Assembly (NCBI GenBank): GCA_045598895.1
Contig: JAZRUZ010000016.1
Coordinates: forward strand, 1 to 57,296
Source: Candidatus Onthoplasma sp.
GTDB taxonomy: Bacteria > Bacillota > Clostridia > Christensenellales > UBA1242
DNA length: 57,296 nucleotides
Reading direction: 5' to 3'
Shown: positions 33,541 to 41,004 of the stretch, piece after piece
Layout: each line of letters starts with the position of its first letter
Position numbering within the stretch: position 1 is the first letter of the stretch
Notes under the pieces: generated by a model
What the model saw: the letters and a program-made list of their open reading frames with translations, nothing else
The model's database searches: none
Told to the model about the DNA's origin: nothing
Program-made: the position numbers and the translations under genes

Positions 33541-34716
33541 CTATTTTATAATTTGTAAAATATCTACCAAAATTACAAACGCCAATAGCACAATTAAACC
33601 AACATTGTTTATTGTGTTGACGACCTCTTGCTTTACAGGCTTCTTTCTAATCCATTCAATTATAACAAACACCATTTGGAAGCCATCTAGTGCTGGTATT
33701 GGTAGAAGATTAAATACAGCCAAATTAACAGACAAAACAGGTAGCAACAACAATATATTTGCTAAATTAATTTGTGAATATGTCGCAATCATGTTGATAG
33801 TTGTTACAGGTCCACCAAGTTGAGTTAACGCAAGTTGCCCTGTTATCAACTGACCGAAAATACACAAAACTTTCCAAGCCCACTTAAACGTGAAAGGAAT
33901 AAAATTTGCGCAAGTTTCACCGAAAGAATATTTGTAAGTTTTGATTTGCATACTTGAATTATCAACGTTATCATTTAACAAAGTCCAACTCTCGTATTTA
34001 TACTTTGTCCCATCGAATGAGTAAACGACATTCACTTTGCCTGGTTGTTCATATGTCACACCGTTCCTAGTAATGTTGTATATGAGATTTTGAGTTGAAA
34101 TATAATATTTTTTATCATTTTTTTCAAAATTTTTGTTTGTTGCGATATCGAATGTATATGAATAATTTTCAAATTTTTCTTGGACTTTGATTGTAATTAA
34201 AGTATTGAAATATTTGTCCGTAACAAAATCAATTCTCTCATTTTCAATTCCCCTTATAACATCTCCGGCTTGAAGGATATCGCTGTTTATTGAATTGTCA
34301 ATTGACTTTACTTGGACATAATCATAACCAACTGAAATTAGCAAAATAAACGAGAAAATAATAGCACTTAAGAAATTAAAAAACGCACCACAAAATAGAA
34401 CTATTAAACGCTTCCAAGGTTTTTGATTATTAAAAGCCTCTGGATTTTTGCTGCCATCTTCGTTTTCTCCCTCAAAAGCACAGTATCCGCCAAGTGGAAA
34501 TAATCTTAACGTAAATTTTTCTTTATTTTTTTTAGTCTTTTGAAATATCTTTGGTCCAAAACCGATACTAAATTCATTGATTTTAAATTTTAGAATTTTA
34601 CCTGCTATAAAATGACCGAATTCATGAATCATAATAAGTAAAAGCAAAACAAGGATGGCTAAAATTACAAAGCCAACCTTACTAAATATTTGAGAAATAT
34701 TAAACGATAAATTCAT
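33541..34716 (-). CDS. rseP: RIP site-2 zinc metalloprotease RseP/RasP
   Basis: 391 aa. HEFGHF zinc motif in TM1, a central PDZ-like region, and a C-terminal LNLLPIPALDG motif. Confidence 0.93.
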   Translation of the reverse strand: MNLSFNISQIFSKVGFVILAILVLLLLIMIHEFGHFIAGKILKFKINEFSIGFGPKIFQKTKKNKEKFTLRLFPLGGYCAFEGENEDGSKNPEAFNNQKPWKRLIVLFCGAFFNFLSAIIFSFILLISVGYDYVQVKSIDNSINSDILQAGDVIRGIENERIDFVTDKYFNTLITIKVQEKFENYSYTFDIATNKNFEKNDKKYYISTQNLIYNITRNGVTYEQPGKVNVVYSFDGTKYKYESWTLLNDNVDNSSMQIKTYKYSFGETCANFIPFTFKWAWKVLCIFGQLITGQLALTQLGGPVTTINMIATYSQINLANILLLLPVLSVNLAVFNLLPIPALDGFQMVFVIIEWIRKKPVKQEVVNTINNVGLIVLLAFVILVDILQIIK

Positions 34717-34749
34717 ATTTATTTTATTATTTTAAATGCAATAAAATTA

Positions 34750-35640
34750 CTACAATATGATTATTACCACAATGTAAATAAATATTGTAACAAAAATTTG
34801 TGCGTCTATTCTATCTAGCATTCCACCATGACCTGGTAAAATATTTCCACTATCTTTAACTCCGGCAATTCTCTTTAATTTGCTTTCGAACAAATCGCCG
34901 AATTGACCACATACCGAACCAAACAAACCAATAAGTAAAAATAACCACCAAGAGAAATTAGTAACAACATCGGTAAATATTGGTATATACAGAGCAACGA
35001 AGTATATTAAAACTCCAGCAAGCATACCTCCAAATAATCCACCGATTGCTCCACTTATAGTTTTGTTAGGTGATATAGTTGGTGCAAGTTTAGGACCTTT
35101 TAAAGTGCATCCCACAGCATAAGCCAATGTATCCGTAAGCATCGCAATAGCAAACACTAATGCAATAAACACAAGCGAGAAATTTTTAACTCCTGCGTAA
35201 GCGTCAGCATGATTGATAATAAGCAAGAGCGAAAATAAAAGTGAAGGATAAATACAACCTAAGATAGTATTAACAGAAGTTGATATATGTACACCTACAG
35301 GCGACTTTTTATCACGTATGCATTCTGCAATTAAGATAATTAAGAAATATAAAATCAAACTTAAAACTTCAACTGTAAATACATATTTTAATTCTAAAAA
35401 ATTTAGCACAATTAGTAGTATAATGTAATTAAATACACTATATATGGTCATGAATAATTTGTTGTTTTTCTTGTTCGATGCGTCCAATATATTCGACATC
35501 TCAAACCCAGAAACAATCGCAAGTCCCACAATAAAAATGTCGAAAATATAATCACCAATATTTAATGGTAACAATTTACTAACAATAGCAAGTAATACTA
35601 CAATGAAAACTAAAGTGCCTGTAATAAATCTTTTCTTCAT
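34750..35640 (-). CDS. cdsA: Phosphatidate cytidylyltransferase
   Basis: 296 aa polytopic protein. C-terminal signature [27 protein letters not shown]. Confidence 0.93.
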   Translation of the reverse strand: MKKRFITGTLVFIVVLLAIVSKLLPLNIGDYIFDIFIVGLAIVSGFEMSNILDASNKKNNKLFMTIYSVFNYIILLIVLNFLELKYVFTVEVLSLILYFLIILIAECIRDKKSPVGVHISTSVNTILGCIYPSLLFSLLLIINHADAYAGVKNFSLVFIALVFAIAMLTDTLAYAVGCTLKGPKLAPTISPNKTISGAIGGLFGGMLAGVLIYFVALYIPIFTDVVTNFSWWLFLLIGLFGSVCGQFGDLFESKLKRIAGVKDSGNILPGHGGMLDRIDAQIFVTIFIYIVVIIIL

Positions 35641-35643
35641 AAT

Positions 35644-36348
35644 CTAAATTGCGCCAAATCGGCGATTCCTCCTTGAGTAAATTTTTAGTATTTTTTTAAA
35701 GTCATTTTTATTAAAAGATGGCCAATATTTTTTATAGAAACAAAGTTCAGCATAACTTGATTGCCAAGGCATAAAATTGCTTAACCTTTGCTCTCCAGAA
35801 GTCCTAACCACCAAATCTAAAGGTAACAGGTCTTTGGTATATAAATACTCATCAAATTCGTCTTCAGTTACAACTTTATTTTGTTTTACAAGTGAATTCA
35901 CTGCATTGATTATCTCTTTTCTACCACCATAGTTAATACAAAGATTAACTATTATACCTTTTTTACTCTTTGTCTTTTCCATAAGTTCGTTTGATTTAAA
36001 TTTAATTTGTTCAGGCAATCTAGAATCAGACAAATCTCCTGATATAATAAATCTTACATCTTTATCATTAGTTGAGTTTAAACTTTCGTCTAACATTTCG
36101 TCAAATTTATCCATCAAAAAGTCAACTTCTTCTTTTGGTCTTTTCCAATTTTCAGTTGAAAAGCAATAAAAACTAATATTTTTAATACCGAAATCAATCG
36201 CATTTTCAATTTGTTTTTTGACATTTTCTGCACCAACCTGATGACCGAAACTTCTAGGCATACCTCTTTTTTTCGCCCATCTACCATTGCCGTCAATAAT
36301 AAACGCAATATGTTTTGGTAAAATTAAATTTTTTGCTTTTTGAACCAA
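35644..36348 (-). CDS. uppS: Undecaprenyl-diphosphate synthase (cis-isoprenyl transferase)
   Basis: Motif HIAFIIDGNGRWAKKRG. I place the start at TTG 36348, which is 6 nt after GGAGG and 1 nt after the frr stop. The ORF-track ATG at 36396 would overlap frr by 47 nt. Confidence 0.92.
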   Translation of the reverse strand: MVQKAKNLILPKHIAFIIDGNGRWAKKRGMPRSFGHQVGAENVKKQIENAIDFGIKNISFYCFSTENWKRPKEEVDFLMDKFDEMLDESLNSTNDKDVRFIISGDLSDSRLPEQIKFKSNELMEKTKSKKGIIVNLCINYGGRKEIINAVNSLVKQNKVVTEDEFDEYLYTKDLLPLDLVVRTSGEQRLSNFMPWQSSYAELCFYKKYWPSFNKNDFKKILKIYSRRNRRFGAI

Positions 36349-36349
36349 A

Positions 36350-36919
36350 TTAGACCTCCATAATTTCAGCAACTTTCTTTTCACACGCACTATCACATTT
36401 TGCGATAGATTCGTCTAATTTCTTTTGTACATCAGTTTCTAAACCAGCGTATTCATCTTCACTAATTTCGCTATTCTTTTTCATTGTTTTATATACTTCC
36501 AAACAATCCCTTCTAGCATTACGCATTTGAATTTTTGTTTCTTCTAGCATCTTCTTAGCGTCTTTTGTGTATTCTATTCTTCTCTCTTCAGTAAGCATTG
36601 GGAAACCAACACGAATAATTTTACCGTCATCACTTACGCTAACTCCAAGATTTGCAGCCTCAATTCCTGCTTTTAAATCTTTAAGAGTAGACACATCATA
36701 AGGTGTTACAACAAGCATTCTAGCATCTTGCACAACAATATTACTAGTTTGCATCAAAGGTGCCTTCATGCCATAATAATCAACTTTAATGTTTTCAATA
36801 AGTTTAGGATTTGCTCTTCCTACTCTTATCATCATATATTCGTCAATTAGATGATTATAACTTTTCTCTAAATTTTCCTCAAATTCGAGCATAGTCATTT
36901 CTGTATTTTCGTTTAACAT
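36350..36919 (-). CDS. frr: Ribosome recycling factor
   Basis: 189 aa. Typical RVGRANPKLIENIKVDYYG segment. AAGGAG Shine-Dalgarno. Confidence 0.95.
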   Translation of the reverse strand: MLNENTEMTMLEFEENLEKSYNHLIDEYMMIRVGRANPKLIENIKVDYYGMKAPLMQTSNIVVQDARMLVVTPYDVSTLKDLKAGIEAANLGVSVSDDGKIIRVGFPMLTEERRIEYTKDAKKMLEETKIQMRNARRDCLEVYKTMKKNSEISEDEYAGLETDVQKKLDESIAKCDSACEKKVAEIMEV

Positions 36920-36954
36920 ATTTCTCCTTAAATTACACTTTTGACAAGACTAAA

Positions 36955-36983
36955 ACTATATAATTAAAGTTTTTAATTGTCAA
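36955..36983 (-). promoter_or_regulatory. Sigma-A promoter of frr-uppS-cdsA-rseP
   Basis: Minus strand TTGACA (36983..36978), 17 nt, TATAGT (36960..36955). Confidence 0.6.
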
Positions 36984-37190
36984 ATCTGTATGTAAAAATA
37001 ATAACTAATTTACGCTAAAATTGCAACTAAATAACTCCTAATTTTAATATTATTAATAAAAAATATGTAATTAAATATCAAATTGAAACATTTTATAATT
37101 TCCTAAAATTAAAATAAATTTATAATAAATTATTTTTATATGTTTTAAGAAAACAAATCTCTTACGAAATTACGTTTAGTTGTTTACACA

Positions 37191-37216
37191 ATAAAAAAAG
37201 TGCTATAAAGCACTTT
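37191..37216 (-). terminator. Terminator after tsf
   Basis: AAAGTGCT-ttat-AGCACTTT perfect 8-bp stem followed by a T-run on the minus strand. Confidence 0.8.
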
Positions 37217-37222
37217 TAAAAA

Positions 37223-38110
37223 TTATTTACCTTGAGATTGTGCCGCAACTTCGGCTGCGAAGTCATCATTACGTTTTTCTAGGCCTTCACCCATTTCCCA
37301 ACGAACAAAACGAACAACGTTAAATTTGTCGCCAACAACGGCTTCAATTGTTTTACTGTCGTCTTTTACGAACAATTGGTTCATAAGGCAGTTTTCAGTG
37401 TAGAATTTACCAATTTTACCACTGACGATTTTTTCAAGGATTTCTTTAGGTTTATTAGCATTTTTCTCATCAGCTTGCATTTGAGCGAGAAGAATTTCTT
37501 TTTCTTTTTCAATTACTTCAGCTGGCACTTCATTAGGTCTAACGTAACTAGGATTTGCAGCAGCAATTTGTAAAGCAACATCATGAAGAACGTCTTCGCC
37601 TGCATTGAATGGACAAGCCTCAACCATAACACCTACTTTACCACCCATGTGGATGTAAGTTTCAACTTTACCACTTGTAGTGAAAATTTCAAATCTTCTA
37701 ATTGAGATTTTTTCTCCAATAACTAAAGTTTGTTCAGTGATATAGTCTTTAACTGTTCCATTGTCGATTAAACAAGAAAGCAAAGCATCAACATCACTTG
37801 GTTTTTGTTCAGCGATAACTTTTGCAACTGTGTTTACAATAGCGTGGAAAGGTTCGCCCTTAGAAACGAAATCTGATTCACAGTTGATTTCTAACAAAAC
37901 ACCTGTGTTTCCGTTTACGAAAGCACCGACAGCACCTTCAGCAGCAATTCTGCTTTCTTTTTTAGCAGCCTTAGCAACGCCTCTTTCTCTAAGTAATTCA
38001 ACAGCCTTGTCTACATTACCTTCAGCGTCAACTAATGCCTTTTTGCAGTCCATCATTCCTGCACCTGTCATATCTCTTAAATTAGCAACATCTCTTGCTG
38101 TAATTTCCAT
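37223..38110 (-). CDS. tsf: Elongation factor Ts
   Basis: 295 aa. UBA-like N-terminus ITARDVANLRDMTGAGMMDCKKAL. Follows rpsB. Confidence 0.96.
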   Translation of the reverse strand: MEITARDVANLRDMTGAGMMDCKKALVDAEGNVDKAVELLRERGVAKAAKKESRIAAEGAVGAFVNGNTGVLLEINCESDFVSKGEPFHAIVNTVAKVIAEQKPSDVDALLSCLIDNGTVKDYITEQTLVIGEKISIRRFEIFTTSGKVETYIHMGGKVGVMVEACPFNAGEDVLHDVALQIAAANPSYVRPNEVPAEVIEKEKEILLAQMQADEKNANKPKEILEKIVSGKIGKFYTENCLMNQLFVKDDSKTIEAVVGDKFNVVRFVRWEMGEGLEKRNDDFAAEVAAQSQGK

Positions 38111-38129
38111 ATTTAATCCCCCTAAAATA

Positions 38130-38978
38130 TTATTCTTCTACTGGTTTTTCAGCGTCTTTCTTTTCAGCTTTTGGTTTACGAGTAGCACGTTTCTTTTCAA
38201 CTTTCTCATCACTTGATTCATCTTTAATGATTTCGCCACTAACAACTGATTCCATAGAAACTACTTCATCATTAGCGTTCATATCATGTAAGATTTCGCC
38301 TGTCTTTGCTTCAAGTATAGCATCAGTTAAAGTTGAAAGGATAAGTTTAACTGAACCAATAGCGTCGTCATTTGCTGGAATACAAACTGTAACATCATCT
38401 GGATCGCTGTTAGTATCTACGATACCAACTGTAGGGATGTTAAGTCTTTTTGCTTCTTTAACAGCAATGTGTTCCATATGTGGATCTACCAAGATAATCA
38501 AACCTGGAAGACTTGTCATATCCTTAATACCACTTAAGTTAATAGCAAGTTTATCTCTTTCAGCTTTAAGTTTGATAACTTCCTTCTTAGGCAACAAATC
38601 GAAGTCTCCAAGAGTCTCCATATTGTTGAGTTTGTTCATTCTATCAATTCTCTTTCTAATGGTTGTGAAGTTAGTTAATGTTCCACCGAGCCAACGAGAA
38701 TTTACATAGAATTGATTGCTTCTTTCAGCTTCTTGTTTAATTGTTTCTTGCGCTTGCTTTTTAGTACCAATAAATAATACACTTGCACCTGCTAAAACTT
38801 TCTCTTTTACAAAGTTATAAGCAACATCGACTTGTTTAGAAGTATCTTCAAGATTAAGAATATGAATATCATTTCTATCAGTGTAAATATACTTCTTCAT
38901 TTTTGGATTCCATTTACGAGTTTGGTGACCGAAATGACATCCAGCTTCTAATAATTGTTTCATTGAAATAACTGACAT
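38130..38978 (-). CDS. rpsB: 30S ribosomal protein S2
   Basis: 282 aa from [33 protein letters not shown] lies upstream of ATG 38978. The 26 extra codons in the ORF track lie in the structured leader. Confidence 0.96.
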   Translation of the reverse strand: MSVISMKQLLEAGCHFGHQTRKWNPKMKKYIYTDRNDIHILNLEDTSKQVDVAYNFVKEKVLAGASVLFIGTKKQAQETIKQEAERSNQFYVNSRWLGGTLTNFTTIRKRIDRMNKLNNMETLGDFDLLPKKEVIKLKAERDKLAINLSGIKDMTSLPGLIILVDPHMEHIAVKEAKRLNIPTVGIVDTNSDPDDVTVCIPANDDAIGSVKLILSTLTDAILEAKTGEILHDMNANDEVVSMESVVSGEIIKDESSDEKVEKKRATRKPKAEKKDAEKPVEE

Positions 38979-39084
38979 TTTTTCCTCCTGTTTTGTCCTA
39001 CCCTTTCTTTCACCTTGCGCAGACAACCGATTTTCGACTATCGGCAACAGTTGCACAATCCAGAAAGGTGCTTATTCATTGAAC
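38979..39084 (-). promoter_or_regulatory. Structured 5' leader of rpsB-tsf (candidate r-protein autoregulatory element)
   Basis: Locally GC-rich. Three nested helices read by eye on the minus strand: CCTTTC/GAAAGG, TGTGCA/TGCGCA and CCGAT/ATCGG. The AGGAGG Shine-Dalgarno follows. Confidence 0.45.
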
Positions 39085-39090
39085 TATATT

Positions 39091-39119
39091 ATTCTAGCAA
39101 ATAATTTCCACATTGTCAA
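39091..39119 (-). promoter_or_regulatory. Sigma-A promoter of rpsB-tsf
   Basis: Minus strand TTGACA (39119..39114), 17 nt, TAGAAT (39096..39091). Confidence 0.65.
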
Positions 39120-39168
39120 CGACTAATGAAAAAAATTTATTTATATTTTACATTAAACTTAATTTAAA

Positions 39169-39192
39169 TAAAAAAGAAGGTCTATTTACCTT
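39169..39192 (-). terminator. Terminator overlapping the stop codon of the DUF1292 gene
   Basis: Minus strand GAAGGT-aaatag-ACCTTC followed by TTTTTT. Confidence 0.7.
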
Positions 39193-39499
39193 CTTTGTCG
39201 TTGATTAGTTTTTCGTAAATTGTAAGGACTTTGTCGATGATGTCTTCGTCGTTTACTATTTTTAAATCTTGTTTATCTTCGTCAATTTCGAAAAGAACCC
39301 CTTCTCCATCATTAACACCTTGCATTTTTGTAATAGGTATCAAAATTGCATAAAGTTTTTCGTTTTCATCCAAAGGAATCACTGCAACTTGCTCAAATTC
39401 AATAGGTCTATTCTCATCATCAAAAAGAATGATATTCTCATTATTCTTTTCGTCTAATATTTGTTTAACAGGGTTCTTTGCATTAAATTTCTTTTCCAT
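39182..39499 (-). CDS. DUF1292 family protein (YrzB-like)
   Basis: 105 aa, acidic. Directly downstream of ruvX, as B. subtilis yrzB is. AAGGAG Shine-Dalgarno. Confidence 0.7.
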   Translation of the reverse strand: MEKKFNAKNPVKQILDEKNNENIILFDDENRPIEFEQVAVIPLDENEKLYAILIPITKMQGVNDGEGVLFEIDEDKQDLKIVNDEDIIDKVLTIYEKLINDKEGK

Positions 39500-39520
39500 A
39501 TATTCTCCTTATTTCAATTT

Positions 39521-39928
39521 TTATTTCTCATCTAAATAATCTTGTAAGATTATTGATGCTGCTACTGCATCTAATTTTTCTTTTCTCTTCTTCCAATCTT
39601 TTTCAGTCTCACTTAACATTTCTTCTGCCATAACACTAGATAGTCTTTCATCTACAAAATTAATTTTTATATTAACTAATTCGTTCAACTTAAACATAAA
39701 TTCACGAGTTAGTTTTGCAATTTCTTGTTCTTCCCCTTGCATGTTAAAAGGAAGTCCACAAACTATTTCATCTACGTTTTTGTCTTTGATAAGTCTAACA
39801 AAATAGTCTAAATCAGTACTTATATCTCGCCTTTTGTAAACCTCGTAAGGTGAAGCCAAAAATTTAGTATCATCACTAAAAGCAATTCCAATACGAGACA
39901 TACCGAAATCAATTCCCATCGCTTTCAT
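39521..39928 (-). CDS. ruvX: YqgF/RuvX family putative pre-16S rRNA nuclease
   Basis: 135 aa. N-terminus MKAMGIDFGMSRIGIAFSD and DERLSS motif. Confidence 0.9.
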   Translation of the reverse strand: MKAMGIDFGMSRIGIAFSDDTKFLASPYEVYKRRDISTDLDYFVRLIKDKNVDEIVCGLPFNMQGEEQEIAKLTREFMFKLNELVNIKINFVDERLSSVMAEEMLSETEKDWKKRKEKLDAVAASIILQDYLDEK

Positions 39929-39963
39929 GTTTTAAATATACCATAAACAAAATGAAAAGTAAA
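39929..39963 (-). promoter_or_regulatory. Extended -10 promoter placed for a leaderless ruvX transcript
   Basis: Minus strand TTTACT (39963..39958), 17 nt, TGG-TATATT (39943..39935), 6 nt (TAAAAC), ATG 39928. No Shine-Dalgarno. Confidence 0.5.
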
Positions 39964-40094
39964 ATATTTTAACAATTTTTAGAAATAAAAAATTAAGTTT
40001 TTTCATAGTTACAAGTAAATAGTAAGTCATCTAATAAAATTCTTTTAATAGTGAAATATCTTAATTATTAATAGATAAATATGAATAAGCAATA

Positions 40095-40129
40095 ATAAAA
40101 AACACTTTAACCAATGAATGATTAAAGTG
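40095..40129 (-). terminator. Terminator after the small YtxH-like ORF
   Basis: Minus strand CACTTTA-13 nt-TAAAGTG followed by TTTTTTATT. Confidence 0.55.
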
Positions 40130-40147
40130 TATATATTTTTACAAGTA

Positions 40148-40327
40148 CTATTTACTTTCTTGTTTTTTTTGTTTTAATTGAGAATTAACCTCGTCTTTAA
40201 TATCTTCTACAATTTCATTAGTCTTTTCGACACCTTTTTCTATAGTATCTCCTACAGGCTTGCATGTTTTGGCAACAACTGCACCCACTACAAGACCAAT
40301 TCCCATACCGGTTAAAAATTCTTTCAT
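40148..40327 (-). CDS. Small YtxH-like membrane-anchored protein (59 aa; below the ORF-track length cutoff)
   Basis: Hand translation: MKEFLTGMGIGLVVGAVVAKTCKPVGDTIEKGVEKTNEIVEDIKDEVNSQLKQKKQESK. GGGGGA Shine-Dalgarno 4 nt upstream. Gly-rich TM segment plus a charged helix. Has its own terminator. Confidence 0.6.
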   Translation of the reverse strand: MKEFLTGMGIGLVVGAVVAKTCKPVGDTIEKGVEKTNEIVEDIKDEVNSQLKQKKQESK

Positions 40328-40386
40328 ATTTCCCCCTTGATAATGTTAGTATTGTCAAATTTTTGGAAAATATGTAAAAAATTAAA

Positions 40387-41004
40387 TTATTCTATCACAT
40401 CGTCGTCAAAAAAGTCGCTAAAATCAATTCCAAAGTCGTCATCAGTTAAATCGTCAGTAACTTCATTATTGACTTTTTGTTTTTCGTCTAAATTTTCATT
40501 TTCTTCTTTAGTATTATCAACATCTAGATCAGTTTTGTCTTCTTCAACAACTTCGTTTGTTTCGTTATTTTCATTAACTATTTCGCCTGTAATAATTTCA
40601 GGCTTTATTTCTAAAGGTATATCATCGTTATTAGTTTTTGCAACTTTATTTTCTTTCTTTTGTTTATCGATATAATCTTCAATCATTAAATTAACACAAT
40701 CTAGACAAAAGGAAATATCGCAATCACTACCTAATTTATCGTAAATCTCATTTACATCTAATTTTAATTCGTCTACTTTTTGACCTTTAATCATGTTGGT
40801 CATCATTGAACAAACTGCCACAACATAAGGATTTGCTTGTGCTCTAAATTGACAGTCTAAAATAACATCATCAACAACACGTATAGAAAATTCTACATTT
40901 TGAGTATTATCACTATCAAAATTTGATGCAATACCATCTGGTTTCATAATTCTGCCTGTATTTTTAGGGTTTAGGAAGGCATTTAAAATCATCTTGCTGT
41001 ACAT
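40387..41004 (-). CDS. IscU/NifU N-domain-like protein lacking two of three ligand cysteines, with an acidic C-terminal extension of about 95 aa
   Basis: The N-terminus MYSKMILNAFLNPKNTGRI aligns with IscU MYSEKVxDHFxNPRNVG. Where IscU has ..CGD.. it has SDNTQ. Where IscU has FGCGAAIA it has RAQANPYVVA. Only the HCS-equivalent cysteine (SFCLDC) is kept. TAATG overlap with nifS. Confidence 0.7.
   Translation of the reverse strand: MYSKMILNAFLNPKNTGRIMKPDGIASNFDSDNTQNVEFSIRVVDDVILDCQFRAQANPYVVAVCSMMTNMIKGQKVDELKLDVNEIYDKLGSDCDISFCLDCVNLMIEDYIDKQKKENKVAKTNNDDIPLEIKPEIITGEIVNENNETNEVVEEDKTDLDVDNTKEENENLDEKQKVNNEVTDDLTDDDFGIDFSDFFDDDVIE

Noticed and set aside
36114-36308. Same-strand internal ORFs in alternative frames: 36114..36308 in uppS, 27372..27557 and 29076..29282 in infB, 46537..46725 in topA.
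   Set aside because: They are fully nested in strongly supported genes, have no ribosome-binding sites, and show no recognisable sequence features.
36920-37222. A possible decayed pyrH pseudogene in the tsf-frr spacer.
   Set aside because: All six frames are dense with stop codons, and I could not recognise any UMP-kinase-like peptide. It is treated as plain intergenic DNA with a terminator and a promoter.
37761-38709. Long plus-strand ORFs (151 aa and 160 aa) across tsf and rpsB. Similar plus-strand ORFs occur at 4128..4517, 10623..11030, 23244..23681, 27863..28216, 28856..29544, 32251..32631, 40337..40675, 42299..42646 and 52526..53026.
   Set aside because: Every one lies antisense inside a confidently identified minus-strand gene. 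Their products are low-complexity, Ser/Leu/Phe/Ile-rich sequences with no start signals. They are typical shadow ORFs.
38979-39056. A 26-codon N-terminal extension of rpsB in the ORF track. Comparable extensions occur on rimM (54468..54512), holA (15104..15139), comM (51214..51249), ylxQ and xseB.
   Set aside because: The conserved protein N-termini begin at internal Met codons that have proper Shine-Dalgarno or promoter context. The extensions run through promoters or leaders and are not family-like.
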